NCBI GenBank assembly: GCA_964016885.1
Contig: OZ024754.1
Coordinates: 8,742,001 to 8,806,000, forward strand
Direction: 5' to 3'
Length of the DNA: 64,000 nucleotides
Origin: Eledone cirrhosa
Taxonomy: Eukaryota
The translations under genes were made by a program, and so were the position numbers. Numbering within the stretch: position 1 is the first letter of the stretch; each line of letters opens with the position of its first letter. The notes under the pieces are model-generated. The model worked only from the letters and a program-made list of their open reading frames with translations. It was not told where the DNA came from and ran no database searches. Positions 26,285 to 39,980 of the stretch are shown piece by piece.

Positions 26285-28994
26285 ATTATGGTTTTATGAA
26301 TATTATTTCCATTTATTAATATATATACGTGTATGTGTGTGTGTGTAGAGAGAGAGAGTTAATTATTATTTCACCGATAGAAAAACAAAAAAAAAAAAAT
26401 GATTCGTTAGTAAAGCTAGTGTTAGTTTATATCTGAGAAGATCGGTAATTAATTATCGTTTGGTGATCGATCAACGAGAGAACGAAAATATGAAGTATCA
26501 AGATCCAATACACAATAAATCAAGACTCAACGCACGTGATCAGCACGAGGAAAGCTGTGTTATCATTTATTTTGGGAGCCTTGACCATTCCATTACCATA
26601 TTTCTAATAAAAGATACTGATCATGATTTGTGTATAATCTTGAAAATAGTCAAGAATTTGGAAGGATTTACTAATAAAGTAAACTGTATTAAGATGTTTG
26701 AACAAAGCTTCTTACATAAAATTATGAAGGAGAGTTTTTAGATAAATACAAACTTTTAAAGAAGCAGTTTTATATTAAAAGGGGTCGAGTGAAGTGCACT
26801 TTATTGCAAACATTTGGACCAGGTCTGTGATCTTGTCTATTGATTCCTTGATTGTATAACTGTTAACATGAATTGTTGTTGCCCCTCCCCCCATTGGGTC
26901 TACATGGGGTTGTCCCTCTCTTTCTTCATTCAAGAACCTCCTCTCCTCAACACCAACGAGGGTAGGTGTACTATTATTAATCCCCTAGTCCCATATCCCC
27001 AATGAGGTCTTGATTGACCCGTTTACATATATCTGCAATAGGGAATACGTGTTTCTGATCCTATTATAATGTTGCTGAACTTCATCAAACCTCTTACCCA
27101 TTGCTTCTCTCCCTCCGTTACTAATGTTTAGTCTTTCTTCTAACTTCCTGACACTGTTTCCCTGTGCTTCCTTTCTTGATCACCTGTCTTCTAGCTTTTA
27201 TGGCATAGCTATATGTCAGATGTGGTGGTGGAGCATTTCTGATTGGGGAAAGAGGGGGGGGGGGGGGCGATTTTAGTCAGTGATTAGTTTAGTTCTTTGC
27301 ACTCTAAAATGATCAGAAAACTTCGATATGCAATAAACATAACATGTACATAAATTGTAGCGCATATCCAAATAGATGTGATTTGGTAGTTTGGGGAGAA
27401 AAATATAATTACTGGGGGAGGGGGTTACCCAGTTCCACCGCCCCTGTATCTACAGTACCTACAGATGTGGTCTTGTGACTCACAAGTTGCTTCCTAGAAA
27501 ACCTCAGATGTCCTTTAAGTTATTTATGTCTCTTCCTCCTTTTTACTGTTTCAACTCGCGTCAGTGTGAGTGAGTGTGAGTGGGGGGTGGGGTGCAAACG
27601 GAAAAACCAAAACTTAACACAGAGAGAGTGATAAATATTTCATTATAGCTAAGAGTGTGCTTAAGCTAGAAACTCCTGGCTGATAACCTCGTTCATACAA
27701 TAATTCACACACACAAGTATATATGTGTGAAATATACACCCTCCTAATGGTTTCACTCACCAGACACAGTCCACGTTGCTACAATACTGCTTTCAAGTGT
27801 TTTTGTCAATAGTGCCGTGCCCAATACATATTCAATTTCAGATCCTTTTTTTTTTTAATCAATCTTTACGTATCGAATTACTAAGTGTAGTTATTTGACA
27901 TAAAGAGATGCACATATTTGCAGAAATAGAGAGAGAGAGAGAGAGAGATAGCAGGTTTATTTGTGAGAACTAAATCATAAATACGTCTTGCTTACTGAGC
28001 AAAATAATTTCCTAACATGTTCGACGATGTCACAAGCTAAGACATTATTAGTTTCTCTCACATTGTTATTTGTTACAAATGCAGTCTGCTTTACACTGTC
28101 AATAGGTTTGGCTGAGCAAACAAAAGAAGCAAATAATTAAAGACATGGCTAGAGTAGTGTATCATTTTAAAAGTCTATAACTCTTTCGTTACCACATTTC
28201 TAAGGAAAAGACAACTCGTGGTTTTCAAATAATTCTGAAAATAATTAAGAATTTGGGGGGCATTTGATAAAATCATTAACTTTCTCCTTATTCAGTTGAT
28301 ATTTGGAAAATAATAGATTCTAAAATTAAAGACGAAAGGTTTTTTTTTACAGCTATGGTGCAATTTTGCATCCATAGAATCAGGGCTGCTTGGTGTCCAG
28401 AAAGAGGTTTAGCACGAAAGGTTTAGCTCTCAAGTTGCTGGTATAGCTTCGCAGTTATAATAAATTAAATGGCATTTATATTAATTTTAACTATTAATTT
28501 AGTTACATAATATAGACAAATGTGCGTATGACTCCGTAAGTGCGAGTGAATGTGTATGTCTATGTATATGTGTGCATGTGTGTGTTTAAAAAGAACGAAA
28601 AATCTAAAACTGAGCCTCTATCTTATATAGTAACTAAAATAAAGTACCAGTAATGTTCTGAGTAATTGCTGGCCTTGTGCCTAAAGTAGAAACAATTATA
28701 GAGTCTATGTTACTATGTTACTACTCTCACACACCCACTGTCCTACTTTTACCAGCCTTGACTAGATATACAAGAAATATATTCTCAACACACACACACA
28801 CACACAATGTTCATTACAACCCAACCAACATTATCATCATCATCATCATCATCATCACCGCCAAAGGCAACATTATGCATATCTTAAAAAAACATAAACA
28901 AACAACCAAACAAACAACCAAACAAATCTAGCCACTTTTCCCAGTAAAGCACAGCACATACTCAGAATCATCACATGTCAACTGCGCGTGTGTG

Positions 28995-29026
<32 letters not shown>

Positions 29027-29785
29027 ACTGGGTGGTGCTGGTGGTTGTGGCGGCAATGAGATAAGCAGAAAAGCTGTTTAGTCAACTTTTCAGAAATCCC
29101 TCACACAAAAGGTTTCGTCACAAAACTATATTTATATTTCGAAACACCTTGAATATTCGTTAACTTATTTTGTTGTTTTTTTTTCTTTTTTCCTCCCCCC
29201 ATAGAATCACACGATAAGACGCCAATGCAGGCTCAACTCAAAATCTTTACACATGCACACACACACATATATATATGGAAGCACACACATATATATGCAA
29301 GCACACACATATATGCATATGCTCACTGTATAAAGGCGCGTGTGTGTGTGTGTATATATATATATATATGGATGCACACATATATATATGCAAATGGTCA
29401 ACGTATGACATATTCCTAGAAGTATAGTGTGCAGTACACACGGTTCATATAATCAATATGTCAATACTGAGGTAAACAGTAGTAAACTCCAATTATAACA
29501 AACATATATCAGGTGCTCTATGATCGCCATCACCATCATCACTGACAGCAGCACACACACGCAACCTCCAAAATTATTACAGTAACTTTATCATTCATCA
29601 TATATACATTCACTCAACTAATTAACTAACTACATAATAAGACAGAAGGAGTGACAAAACAATTGAACTAGGGAATGTTATGTATGTGCTAGAAATAGAT
29701 GAAGACCGGTTTTAAACCTGCTGAAGTCTTAAGCTGTATAAAATTTGAGGCCCTTTTCTAAGAAAAAAAAAATTATATATAATAT

Positions 29786-29844
<59 letters not shown>

Positions 29845-30668
29845 AGGGAAGTAAGGTTCTATACAGAACTGGTGATAGAGAAAAGGTGAAATTGGAAATA
29901 GTACGGAAAATATATTTAAGGGTCTGTTTTTCTTTTTTTTTTTCCTTTCCTTGATTCGTCAAAGTGACATTACTGAAACAATGAGAGGGACAATTCTTTT
30001 TAAAAAGAGTTTTATAATGTATACAAAGTGTATATATATATATATATATATATAAAGAAACATAGAGCCTTAAATATATTTTCCGTGCTATTTCCAATTG
30101 CACCCCCCCCCCCCTCTCATATATATATAATTTTTGCTGATTTAGTGTTACAAAATAAAAACTAATGCTAAAATAAGAATATATTTTCAAAAATGAGGCC
30201 CCCAAAACGTGTGTGACCCTAACCGCATGGGTAAATCCAGCACTTATATAGAAATACACACATACAAAAATATTAAACAAAGGGGAAATTATGGTGTTCA
30301 TGGCTACCACCATGTGATCCAAAAAAAAAGGTAGTAATGGGAGTTCGTAAACTTCTGGTTTTTCTAGAATCCATTTGGTACTAAAAATGTTGGGGACCAC
30401 GTCTTCAGTTGTATAAATAAATTTAACTATTTCAACTAGGAACAATTATCCGGGACCTAGCCATATATGTAGCCCTACTTGAAAATGATTTAAGCAGGGC
30501 GGCAGCAGATCTACTTACTTACGCACACATACATACAACCTGTTACATACATCCCTTTTCTACACAGGAACTTTGATCTGTGATAACGTCTGGGAGGATG
30601 TGTGTGTTAACATGTGAATACACAAATTGTGAAATGGCGAGAAATAGTGTCATGTGTATGTATGTATG

Positions 30669-30727
<59 letters not shown>

Positions 30728-30853
30728 GAAAGTATAGAAATTATTGTGAGCGTGAAGCCAACGGTATTTCATAAAGTATGACCCCGACGGCAGAGCTCAA
30801 GCCGTTTCGACGGCTATTTCTGGATATATATATATATATATCATTATCATAGC

Positions 30854-30944
30854 AGAGGTCCGACGAGCTTTTTATTCCAAAGTCGGGCTAGATCGATACA
30901 GATCGAACCTTGAGCTGATTAATAGCGAAACGCGCTTCACCACT
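30854..30944 (+). ncRNA. Degenerate hammerhead ribozyme
   Basis: AGAGGU-CCGACGA-GCU...AGC-GAAAC-GCGC-UUC-ACCACU, followed by AATAAA. Two substitutions relative to consensus (CUGA>CCGA, GUC>UUC). Flanked by (TA)n. Confidence 0.5.
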
Positions 30945-30981
30945 CAATAAACGGAACGAAGACATAACAAATCGTTCTTTT

Positions 30982-31026
<45 letters not shown>

Positions 31027-31455
31027 ACCACAAGCATATATATATATATATATATACATACATATATATATGTGTGAGAGAGATCACCGTCTAACGTCTA
31101 TTTTCGATGCTAGCATAGGTTGGTCGGGTTGACACGGTCCGGGACTGAAGCATTCAGGTGACCAGGTCTTGCTCACAACTTCCGATCTTAGGCAGCACCA
31201 TTTCTACGACCAGATGACCTTCCAAACGCCAACCACTAGGTGCTATCATTTACCGTTGCACCAGCACTACCACTTCACAGAATGAGTTTAGTTGGGTGTA
31301 TTTTATTGTGGGATCGTTAAGGACTCAGAGAGATCATGTCTTCGACCAGGTAGAAAATGTCGATGGGAGTGGAGAAGGGGGGTGGGATGGGGGTTATATC
31401 TCATAGTGGAAGAGCAAGCCCGGGCCAATAGAGGAGGCCGTACATACATACACAC

Positions 31456-31498
<43 letters not shown>

Positions 31499-31539
31499 TT
31501 TTGGCAAAAGGCCAGCAATTATCCAGTTCATTACTGATG

Positions 31540-31620
<81 letters not shown>

Positions 31621-31767
31621 AGATTGACGGGACTAGCATAAGCTTTCCCTGCTAGTACCGGTTGTATCTCGGCGTATTCAATAGGTAAGGGTATGTAAAA
31701 ATCCCAGAGTAGACACAAAGTTATTTGCTTCGATACAACACACATAAACGGGTACCATAAATTCATA

Positions 31768-31816
31768 CCCGTACTCGAGTTTCGGCCACACTGCAGCAAG
31801 AGAGCATGCGGCATCC
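31768..31816 (-). ncRNA. 5'-truncated hammerhead remnant
   Basis: GGA-U-GCCGCA...UGUGGC-C-GAAAC-UCGA-GUA-CGGG. Stem II and palindromic stem III (ACUCGAGU) present, CUGA and 5' stem I missing. Confidence 0.5.
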
Positions 31817-32445
31817 ACCCGATGGCTTTACTGTGGACTGTGTTTATGGTATATCTATATCCAATACCATGTAGTATGCCAGACCTCTGTTGTTTTAAAG
31901 ATCGAGTATTCTGCACCTGCTGTTGCATATAGAGAGTCTCTAGAGTTTTGTCACATTGGCTACAAGAGATAGGAGTGTGTCAGTTAACCATAATTATATA
32001 CTAGATATAGATAATGTGATGTGTAGCTCTAGCTGTGTTGTGTTGTGTTGTGTTGTGTTGTGTTGTCTTATCTCTCACTCGTGTCGTGATAATCCGTGTT
32101 GTGTTGACCATATTGTGTGTTGTTATACATATATATAATATACACGCACATACACATACATATATATAAACACGACACACACACATATATATATATAAAC
32201 ACACGCACATAAACACACACACACACATATATATATATAAACACACACACGCACATATATAAACACACACATACATATATATATAAACACACACATATGT
32301 GTATATATATAGTTAGCTTTTGTGTCAGTTTGTGTTTTTTTTTATTGAAGAAAATTCATCTTTAAAACAACCGAAGCACCAACCAAAGTAACTGTAATAA
32401 TAATAATAATAAAAATAATAATAATAAGTAAATAATAATACTCAC

Positions 32446-32596
32446 CCAGCCATGACAAACACTTGTTGAAACGGCAGAAGGGTCGACCACGAAATTTCTC
32501 ATCGTGAAAGGGTGACAGATGTAAGTTCTCTATGGAGCTACAAGTCCACAAACTCTGGGCTCGTCTCCGAGTGAAAGTCAACACATCGTCATCCAT
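32446..32596 (-). CDS. Probable alternative first coding exon of the MAST gene (MDDDVLTFTRRRAQSLWTCSSIENLHLSPFHDEKFRGRPFCRFNKCLSWL, phase 1)
   Basis: ATG preceded by an in-frame TAA, 50 non-repetitive codons, consensus donor G|GTGAGT followed by an (ATT)n intron. Same strand as and downstream of the MAST exons. SLWT..N segment loosely resembles the short-isoform N-terminus of vertebrate MAST1 (SLWTALSNF). Confidence 0.7.
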
Positions 32597-33610
32597 ATCC
32601 AAATATTTGATGGTAAGTTACTCCGGGATTAAAAGGGTTAAAGCTTGTGCTTGCTTTTGGGGGTTAAGGTCCCCGGGCGTTTGCTTTGCTCTGTTGATAT
32701 TAATTATGTAAGGTTAGGTCAGACCCTCCTGAATAATTCGCTGGTATTGGCCAGAGGGAGAAGAAAAAAAAGTATCAAATATGTCCTTCATCCCAAGAAA
32801 GTGGCCACTGAGGTATATAAGGAGATACAATTTCGTTTGAGCCATCTGATTCTTGATATTATTATTTACGGGCTTGCATGGATGTCGACGATAATTGCAG
32901 TTTGAATTCTGATCAAACAATTAGTCATGTTTAGAGACGAGAGAAACTGGTTGAGTGGAAGTGGTGGCAGTGATGGTGATGACGTATTCTTTGCAGCAGG
33001 GCAAAATAAATCTAACATTGATTATGGTATAAATAATAGGAAGTTGGTGGAAATAGTTGGTGAGGTGAGGTGAGGTGAGTGTACTGTACAATCATTTAAA
33101 TGAAATATCCTGTTACGATCGTTGAAACGTTTCCCATCATTATAACTAATGATGATGATCACTATGACGTTGATGATAATAATTCTTGTTATTATTATTA
33201 ATATGATTATGATAATGTTGATGGTAATGACGGAGGAGACAGAGATAGTAAGATGCAGCCGTTATCGGCAGTAACATGATAACTTGTGCGCTCTTTATCA
33301 GCGCCCAGCCCACCACACTCTCTCTCTCTCTCTCACTCTATGTCTGTCTGTCTTATGTTCATGTAAGAAGTGAAGGATGGCGAGACGGAGAGAGGAGGAG
33401 GGGGAAGAAGGAAGAGGAGGAGGACTCAGTAAGAAAGAACAATGATAACAACAACAACAAGAGAGGCAGCAGTACTGATTTCACATGTTGCATAATGACT
33501 GCTGCTGTATGTATATTATTGGATTGGCACCGTTAACTTGGTCAATCTTTGAACGCACCGGTCTCGCTAGTACGGTTGTCTACGCCACCGCACAGATTCT
33601 CAATGCGTAT
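32597..33610 (-). promoter_or_regulatory. Putative 5'UTR and internal promoter for the 32446-32596 exon
   Basis: About 1 kb lacking recognisable TEs, with scattered CpGs. On the minus strand, TCAGT (Inr-like) near 33475 and two CCAAT at about 33518-33527. Contains upstream ATG ORFs (e.g. MKDIFDTFF...). Motifs are short and could be chance. Confidence 0.3.
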
Positions 33611-33681
33611 AACATATACATACACAACACATATATATTATATATATATATACAGTAAACAAGACGATTGAAAAACAACTG

Positions 33682-33721
<40 letters not shown>

Positions 33722-34960
33722 ATATATATATACAAAGGGAGTGAAATAAACGCTTTATAGTAATAAAGTAAATGCTGGGGTTAAGAGTGAAATAAATTTA
33801 GAAAGGTAATGTCATAATATGAAAGCGAAGGAATGGTAAATAAGCGAAATGCTAGGGAACATGAGGCGTCTTCAGATCTCACTTCTGCAAACTAAAGACC
33901 ATAGATATATCATATGCACAAGCTCCTCCCAATATACATCATGGTTTATTGTGCTCCGTGCTACCACCGCGTATAATGCTCGCTTTCAACTCACAAAGTA
34001 AACAGCTTTGTTTAAAATAATCCATGTTACGTATCAGTCTTTCTTATTTCATAGTCATTGTACATCGTGTCTTCATTATTTATATATAATCTGCCCGTCC
34101 TTGTATGTATTAGCTACTTATAATAGCTTCCTTCACAGACCCCCCCCCTGTCTCTTCGGGGTATGTGCTGTTTAAATATGATCCCTACACAAGAATGCAT
34201 GTTTCCTCATACCCACTATACTACCACCATCATCTGTAAAATATATTTTAAAGGGCATATATATATATATATATACTGGCCGAAACCTATCAAAGTTTAT
34301 ATATATATATATATATATTATATATATGTGTGTATTCCTTTCTGCAACTTGCTAATAGCGAAAATCTTAATATTTATGCAGCGCCTGAAAGACTTTGTTC
34401 TTCTTCATAAACTACCAACTCTTCATTATCATATCTAAACATACACACGCACACACATACATACACATATATGTAAATATATAACTATAAACTCATAAAA
34501 TTACGCATACAAATACACACACATGCACATATATTACTTTAAATTGAGATCAAACTATAGAAACACACGTGAGAAGTATTTTAGTACGTCCATATACAAG
34601 TCATTGATCTATTAATGTAAGCGTGTGTGTGCTTTTCCTATATTATATTGCAAGGTTCAAATTGGAGCAAGCGCTAAAGGCCTCATACCACTACTTCTTA
34701 CAGCTAAAACGTGACTGCTACACAAGAATCGCCAGTTACCAGTAAAATGCTGCAATATTTTTCGATAATAAGAAATAATCTCCGTTCTTATTGTTCACTG
34801 ATGTAGTAGCTGTTGAGGGTACTTTAATATTTGGGTTTCACTGCTTGCAGTCCGCATAAAATATAATTTTCCGTCTCACCATATATTTGTATATATAAAG
34901 TCGTTTATATTTTGGTTTGCCTGATTGTAGTCAGTACAAAATATAATTTTCCGTCTCACC

Positions 34961-34991
<31 letters not shown>

Positions 34992-35737
34992 CATACATGT
35001 AACTGAGTCCTCTCTTGTTTCATATACGTAAATATACGGTCAATCACTGACGGTAGGTATCAATATAAATGTAGGTAAATCAATCCATCGGGCTGGCAGA
35101 TTAAATATAATTGTTCAGTTTGTTTATATTTTTTTTGTAAATAGAGAAATCCAATGAAAATAAACAAAGTAAGGAGATCAAGGAGGTTCAGATTCCATGG
35201 TGATGGAGGGTAATGTGGTGGCGAACTTAGATGCAGAAGTCCATTACGATAAGACTTACACACATGCTACATAAAGGTAATTAAAGGTTCGATGTGTGGT
35301 GGTGTGAGGCAGAGGTAAGGATCGAGACGAAGGAGCAGTGGGAACTGGAAGTAGTAGCAGGAAGTAGTGGCGGAAAGAGGAAGGGCAAAACGAGAGAATA
35401 AGGAAAGATAGAGTAGTAGGGAAAAGAGATACATACACACATAAAGAGAGAGAGAGAGTAATAAGGAAGAGTTCATAAGCGGTGAGAACGAGGAGTTACC
35501 GTTCTTGAATTACTTGTAGGTACTATTGCAGTTAGTCTTATCGGAAGTGTAATAATTGTTTCTACTTTTGGCACAAGGCCAGCAATTACTCAGTACATTA
35601 CTGGTACTTTATTTTATCGACCCCGTAAGGATGAAAGGCAAAGTTAACCTCGGAAGTGTAATAATGTGAAAATTATATGTGTATGCAGTCATCAAATATA
35701 TCTATAGGATTTAGGTGAAGATGATGATCAAGTGTGA

Positions 35738-35794
<57 letters not shown>

Positions 35795-36672
35795 CTAGAT
35801 CGGGTAAAATTCCACGAGATCTGTGGACGAGTTCTCTCTAACGGTCTCTGCCCTTCATCATCACCGCTATGTCCTGCATAGGGCATCAACATATGTCAAA
35901 ATCGGTCTCCCTCTTCCTGCGTGTCCGTGTAGGGGCTCCCGCAGGAACACTGAGTGCAGTGTCAACTCTGAATGTCGGTGAACATGTCCAGCTAACCCCA
36001 GTCTCCTCTGTGTCACTTTCGAGTTGACTTTTGGAAGGCTCCCGTACAGCTCTGAGTTCTTCATCCTCAGTGCATACTGGTTAATGTTCAGAGCCATCCA
36101 CCATCTGCGTGAATCACTTGGTTAGTGTCCAAGTCTGAGACCCACTCTGCAACCAACTCGAGCAGCTTCCCGCCCATATTCATAATCTTCTCTGGCTCTT
36201 TGATGTTCTCCACTAGATACTTTGTCTTACCCTCATTCATTCTCAGCCCCACACTCATCAACACAGTTTCCACATCTCGCATCAACTCCTCTGCCTCCTT
36301 CACCGTGTTTGTCACCAAAGCTATGTCTTCAACAAATTCAGCATCTGATATCTTTTTAGCCTTAACTCTACTACCCTAAGCCAGTGCTACAGTAAAGCCC
36401 GGGTCCTGGTGTTTCTCCAGTGCAAAGCGCTTACAATAGTCCACTGCGATGGTCAAAAGGTAGGAAGCCAATCAGCCAGTATCTCAAAGAACTCCGTCAC
36501 CCCTCTAGATGTGATGACTTGAGCTCTGGTGTTGGTGCAGAGCAGGGATATCAGGTCCACTATCTTTTGGGAGATTCCATAAGCCTGTAAGATCTTCATC
36601 GGGCAGTCACGATCTACAGAATCAAAGGCCTTCTCGAAGTCAATAAAAACCATGACAGCAGGAAGGCTCATT
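35795..36672 (-). mobile_element. 5'-truncated RTE-like LINE, frameshifted RT and C-terminus
   Basis: VFIDFEKAFDSVDR, EFVEDIALV (degenerate YADD), VGLRMNEGKTKYL, RRLGLAGHVHRH, GRGRPILTYVD across three frames. Confidence 0.92.
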
Positions 36673-37046
36673 GCTCTCTCTATATAGTTATAGGCGTATA
36701 CACGTTTTCAAATTAACAAGAGCACGAAAGCGAGTTCTGTAATGAAAAGGTTTTTTGTTTGTGCTGTTTCTACCAAACACGTTGCCAAGAAGTGGGGCAA
36801 CGTGAAATATTAATAGAATGTCATGCTAAGGGACAAACGCAGTCCTGTCCGGGAATCGAACTTACAACCTCACGATTGTAAATACAACGTTCTAGCCAGT
36901 AAATCACGCTCAAAATGACATTATTCCTGGAACTTATATGTGTATATGTGTGTATATATAGTAATAATAATAAATTTGAAGACTAAAATCCAAAGAGGGC
37001 TCGATAAGGAGAAATATATATCAAATATATAAGAACCGTAGAGCAA

Positions 37047-37151
37047 ATATTTATTAAAATAACAGATTAAAGTTTAAGCAAAGAAAGATCCCGTTAAGGG
37101 TGAAAGCAGCGATTCTTTGCTTAAACTTTAATCTGTTATTTTAATAAATAT
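37047..37151. repeat. Perfect 39-bp inverted repeat with 27-nt loop
   Basis: 37047-37085 is the exact reverse complement of 37113-37151. Confidence 0.95.
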
Positions 37152-37170
37152 ATATATATATATATATATG

Positions 37171-37734
37171 CAATAAACCCCCGGCATTCGAGGTCCCGGT
37201 TATTCGCGGAAATTTCCTTAGAACCTAACTAATAATTGTTCGTGAAAACCACCGTATATTCGCGGAACCGTAGATATCTTCCACAATTTTCTTTATGGCA
37301 TTTTTCATGGTAATATATATATATACATTTTTAAAGCTAAATTATCAATGACAATGTATCGTATTTGCCGGTCTATTGGATGCCCTTTCACATAAGACCC
37401 TCTCTCTCTTTCGGAGTTGTGGGGAGACCAGCATGTGGGACCCCATTTGCTCACCCTACGGAGAGATGGAGGCGATGACAGTGGAAGATCCGCTGTTCTT
37501 TCATGTTTACTTAGGTTACCATCGTCTATAGGAAATCAGCTTGCTTTCAGACCGGTATTTGTGAGTTTTATATCGAAAAACCAAATTTTAATTTTGTTTA
37601 TAAATATAATTGTTAAATATCTGTTATATTTCGACGTTTATAGGCATTTTTATGAACCACGTCTAATATTCGCGGTTTTCACACTTCGCGGGTGATCTAG
37701 AAACGTAACCCCCGCGAATACAGGGGGACAACTG
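37171..37734. mobile_element. Tigger/pogo-like non-autonomous DNA transposon
   Basis: Imperfect TIRs caataaacccccggcattcg / cgaatacagggggacaactg, repeated tattcgcgg subterminal motifs. Confidence 0.65.
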
Positions 37735-38014
37735 CGTGTGTGTGTGTGTATATAAGTGATCCATGTATATCATGGTATAGTAGTAGTAGTAACAATATAG
37801 GGTGGAGATGTGTTAACCACCTTGTAGTAGTAGAACCAACATTTGCTCTCCACCCACTTCAAGAAAGAAAAAAAAGCAATGAGTCAACAGAACAGCTTTA
37901 CATAAATACAAATTCTTCATTATTGTTAGAGTGTCTTTTAGGGAAGATATGGCCTCTGCTGGCTGACATCTCTGCAGGAAATTACAAGAAAAAGAAAAAG
38001 GAAATGGAAAATAC

Positions 38015-38034
38015 TCACACACACACACATATAC

Positions 38035-38085
<51 letters not shown>

Positions 38086-38716
38086 CATATATATACACAT
38101 ACATACATATATACACATACATACATATATACACATACATACATATATACACATACATACATATATATATACACATACATATATACATACACATACATAC
38201 ATACATACACATACATACATATAGACATATATATATATATATATATATACACATACATATACACATACATATATATATATATACACATACATATACACAT
38301 ACATACATATATATACACACATACATATATATACACATACATATATATACACATACATATACACATACATATATATATATACACATACATATATATATAT
38401 ACACACATATATATACACATACACACATATATATATATATATATATACACATACATATATATATATATACATACATATATATATATATACATACACATAC
38501 ATATATATATATATACATACACATACATATATATATACATACACATACATATATATATATATACACATACATATATATATATACACATACATATATATAT
38601 ATACACATACATATATATATATACACATACATATATATATATATATATATACACATATATATATATATATATACACATACATATATATATATACACATAC
38701 ATATATATATATACAC

Positions 38717-38751
<35 letters not shown>
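38015..38751. repeat. Compound (TA)n/(CATA)n microsatellite
   Basis: Direct inspection. Confidence 0.97.
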
Positions 38752-38753
<2 letters not shown>

Positions 38754-38847
38754 GGGCGTCCCAAAAAATGTATACACACTTTAACTGAACATGCAATATT
38801 TACTGGAAGACTGTTGAAGTATGTATACATTTTTGCGGGACACCTTG
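38752..38847. mobile_element. 96-bp Tc1/mariner-type MITE
   Basis: TIRs cagggcgtcccaaaaaatgtatacacactt / aagtatgtatacatttttgcgggacaccttg followed by TA. A solo TIR remnant lies near 25772-25797. Confidence 0.8.
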
Positions 38848-39370
38848 TATATACACACACACACAAACACAAACAAACATATATATATATATAGAGAGAG
38901 AGATAGAGAGATGATGACACAAACAAACATATATACATATATATATATATAGAGAGAGAGAGAGAGGAGAGATAGAGAGAGATTATGGAATGGAGGCAAA
39001 GAAATCCTCAGAGTGAAATGTATCAGCAGAATGTTGAAAGCTGAATACATCAACAGACAACACAGGGGATCATGGTGAGAGGTAAATGGTGGTGGTGGTG
39101 GTGGTGATTCAGACAAAATTGACACAAGTTTATAATTTACACAACAAAAATAGACAGCATATCAAATATCAGAGGCTTGAACAAGTATCAGTTTTGAACC
39201 AGGAAATCTCCAGTTCAAAGCAATAATTCTTTTAGAAAAACAATTTTTTTCTCTTTCATATTTCATTTTGCTTAAAAAATGTTTAGGTTTTTTTTTTGGG
39301 AGGGGTTTTGTTATTTTTCTAAGGTTTTTTACAAAACCACTTGAAACCACTTATGACTCTATGATACAAA

Positions 39371-39414
<44 letters not shown>

Positions 39415-39416
<2 letters not shown>

Positions 39417-39562
39417 CATGGGCGGAGGTGGTGAGAGCGGACCTCTGATCGCAGAAGGAGATGAGGAAAGACTGTGACAAGTGGAGAGATGCTGTGCTGA
39501 ATAGGACCCGTCCCACCCTTGCAAGCGGGGGGGGGGGGAGTGGACGTAAAATGATGATGATG
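39415..39562 (+). mobile_element. RTE LINE extreme 3' end
   Basis: Homologous to 41010-41160 (TWAEVVRADL, gacaagtggagagatgctgt). Tail cccgtcccacccttgcaagc...tggacgtaaaatgatgatgatg. Confidence 0.8.
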
Positions 39563-39594
<32 letters not shown>

Positions 39595-39754
39595 TGTATA
39601 TATGTATGTATTTGTTTATCTGAAAATCTTCCATTACAATTTTATCAAGAACCTTCGTTAAGTTATGTTCCAGACACCACCTTAGCCCATTTGGCACCAG
39701 TTTGCCTGAAACTCTCTCTGATTCTATTTGTTAGGACAAATAGAATGAAAGGAA

Positions 39755-39980
39755 ATAATGATTTCTACTTTAGGCACAAGGCCAGCAATTTTGGGGGAGA
39801 GGGAGGAAAGTCGATTAAATCGACCCCCAGTGCGTTACTGGTACTTTATTTTATCGACCCCGTAAGGATGAAAAGCAAAGCTAACCTCGGCAGGATTTGA
39901 ACTCAGAATGTTGTAACTATGTTGTAACTATGTTGCAAAGCATGGTGTCGGACACTCTACTGATACTGCCAATCTGCCGC
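39755..39980 (-). mobile_element. SINE family A, full length
   Basis: Tail, core and head all present. Confidence 0.85.

Noticed and set aside
26790-27250. Possible LINE RNase H remnant (QIYVNGS on minus strand); similarly 4560-5050
   Set aside because: Single short motifs in heavily degraded sequence, not enough to call without a profile search.
37740-38938. ORFs of 279-384 aa (YI/HT/CV repeats)
   Set aside because: Stop-free dinucleotide microsatellite. The same applies to ORFs at 50563-53942 and most of the track.
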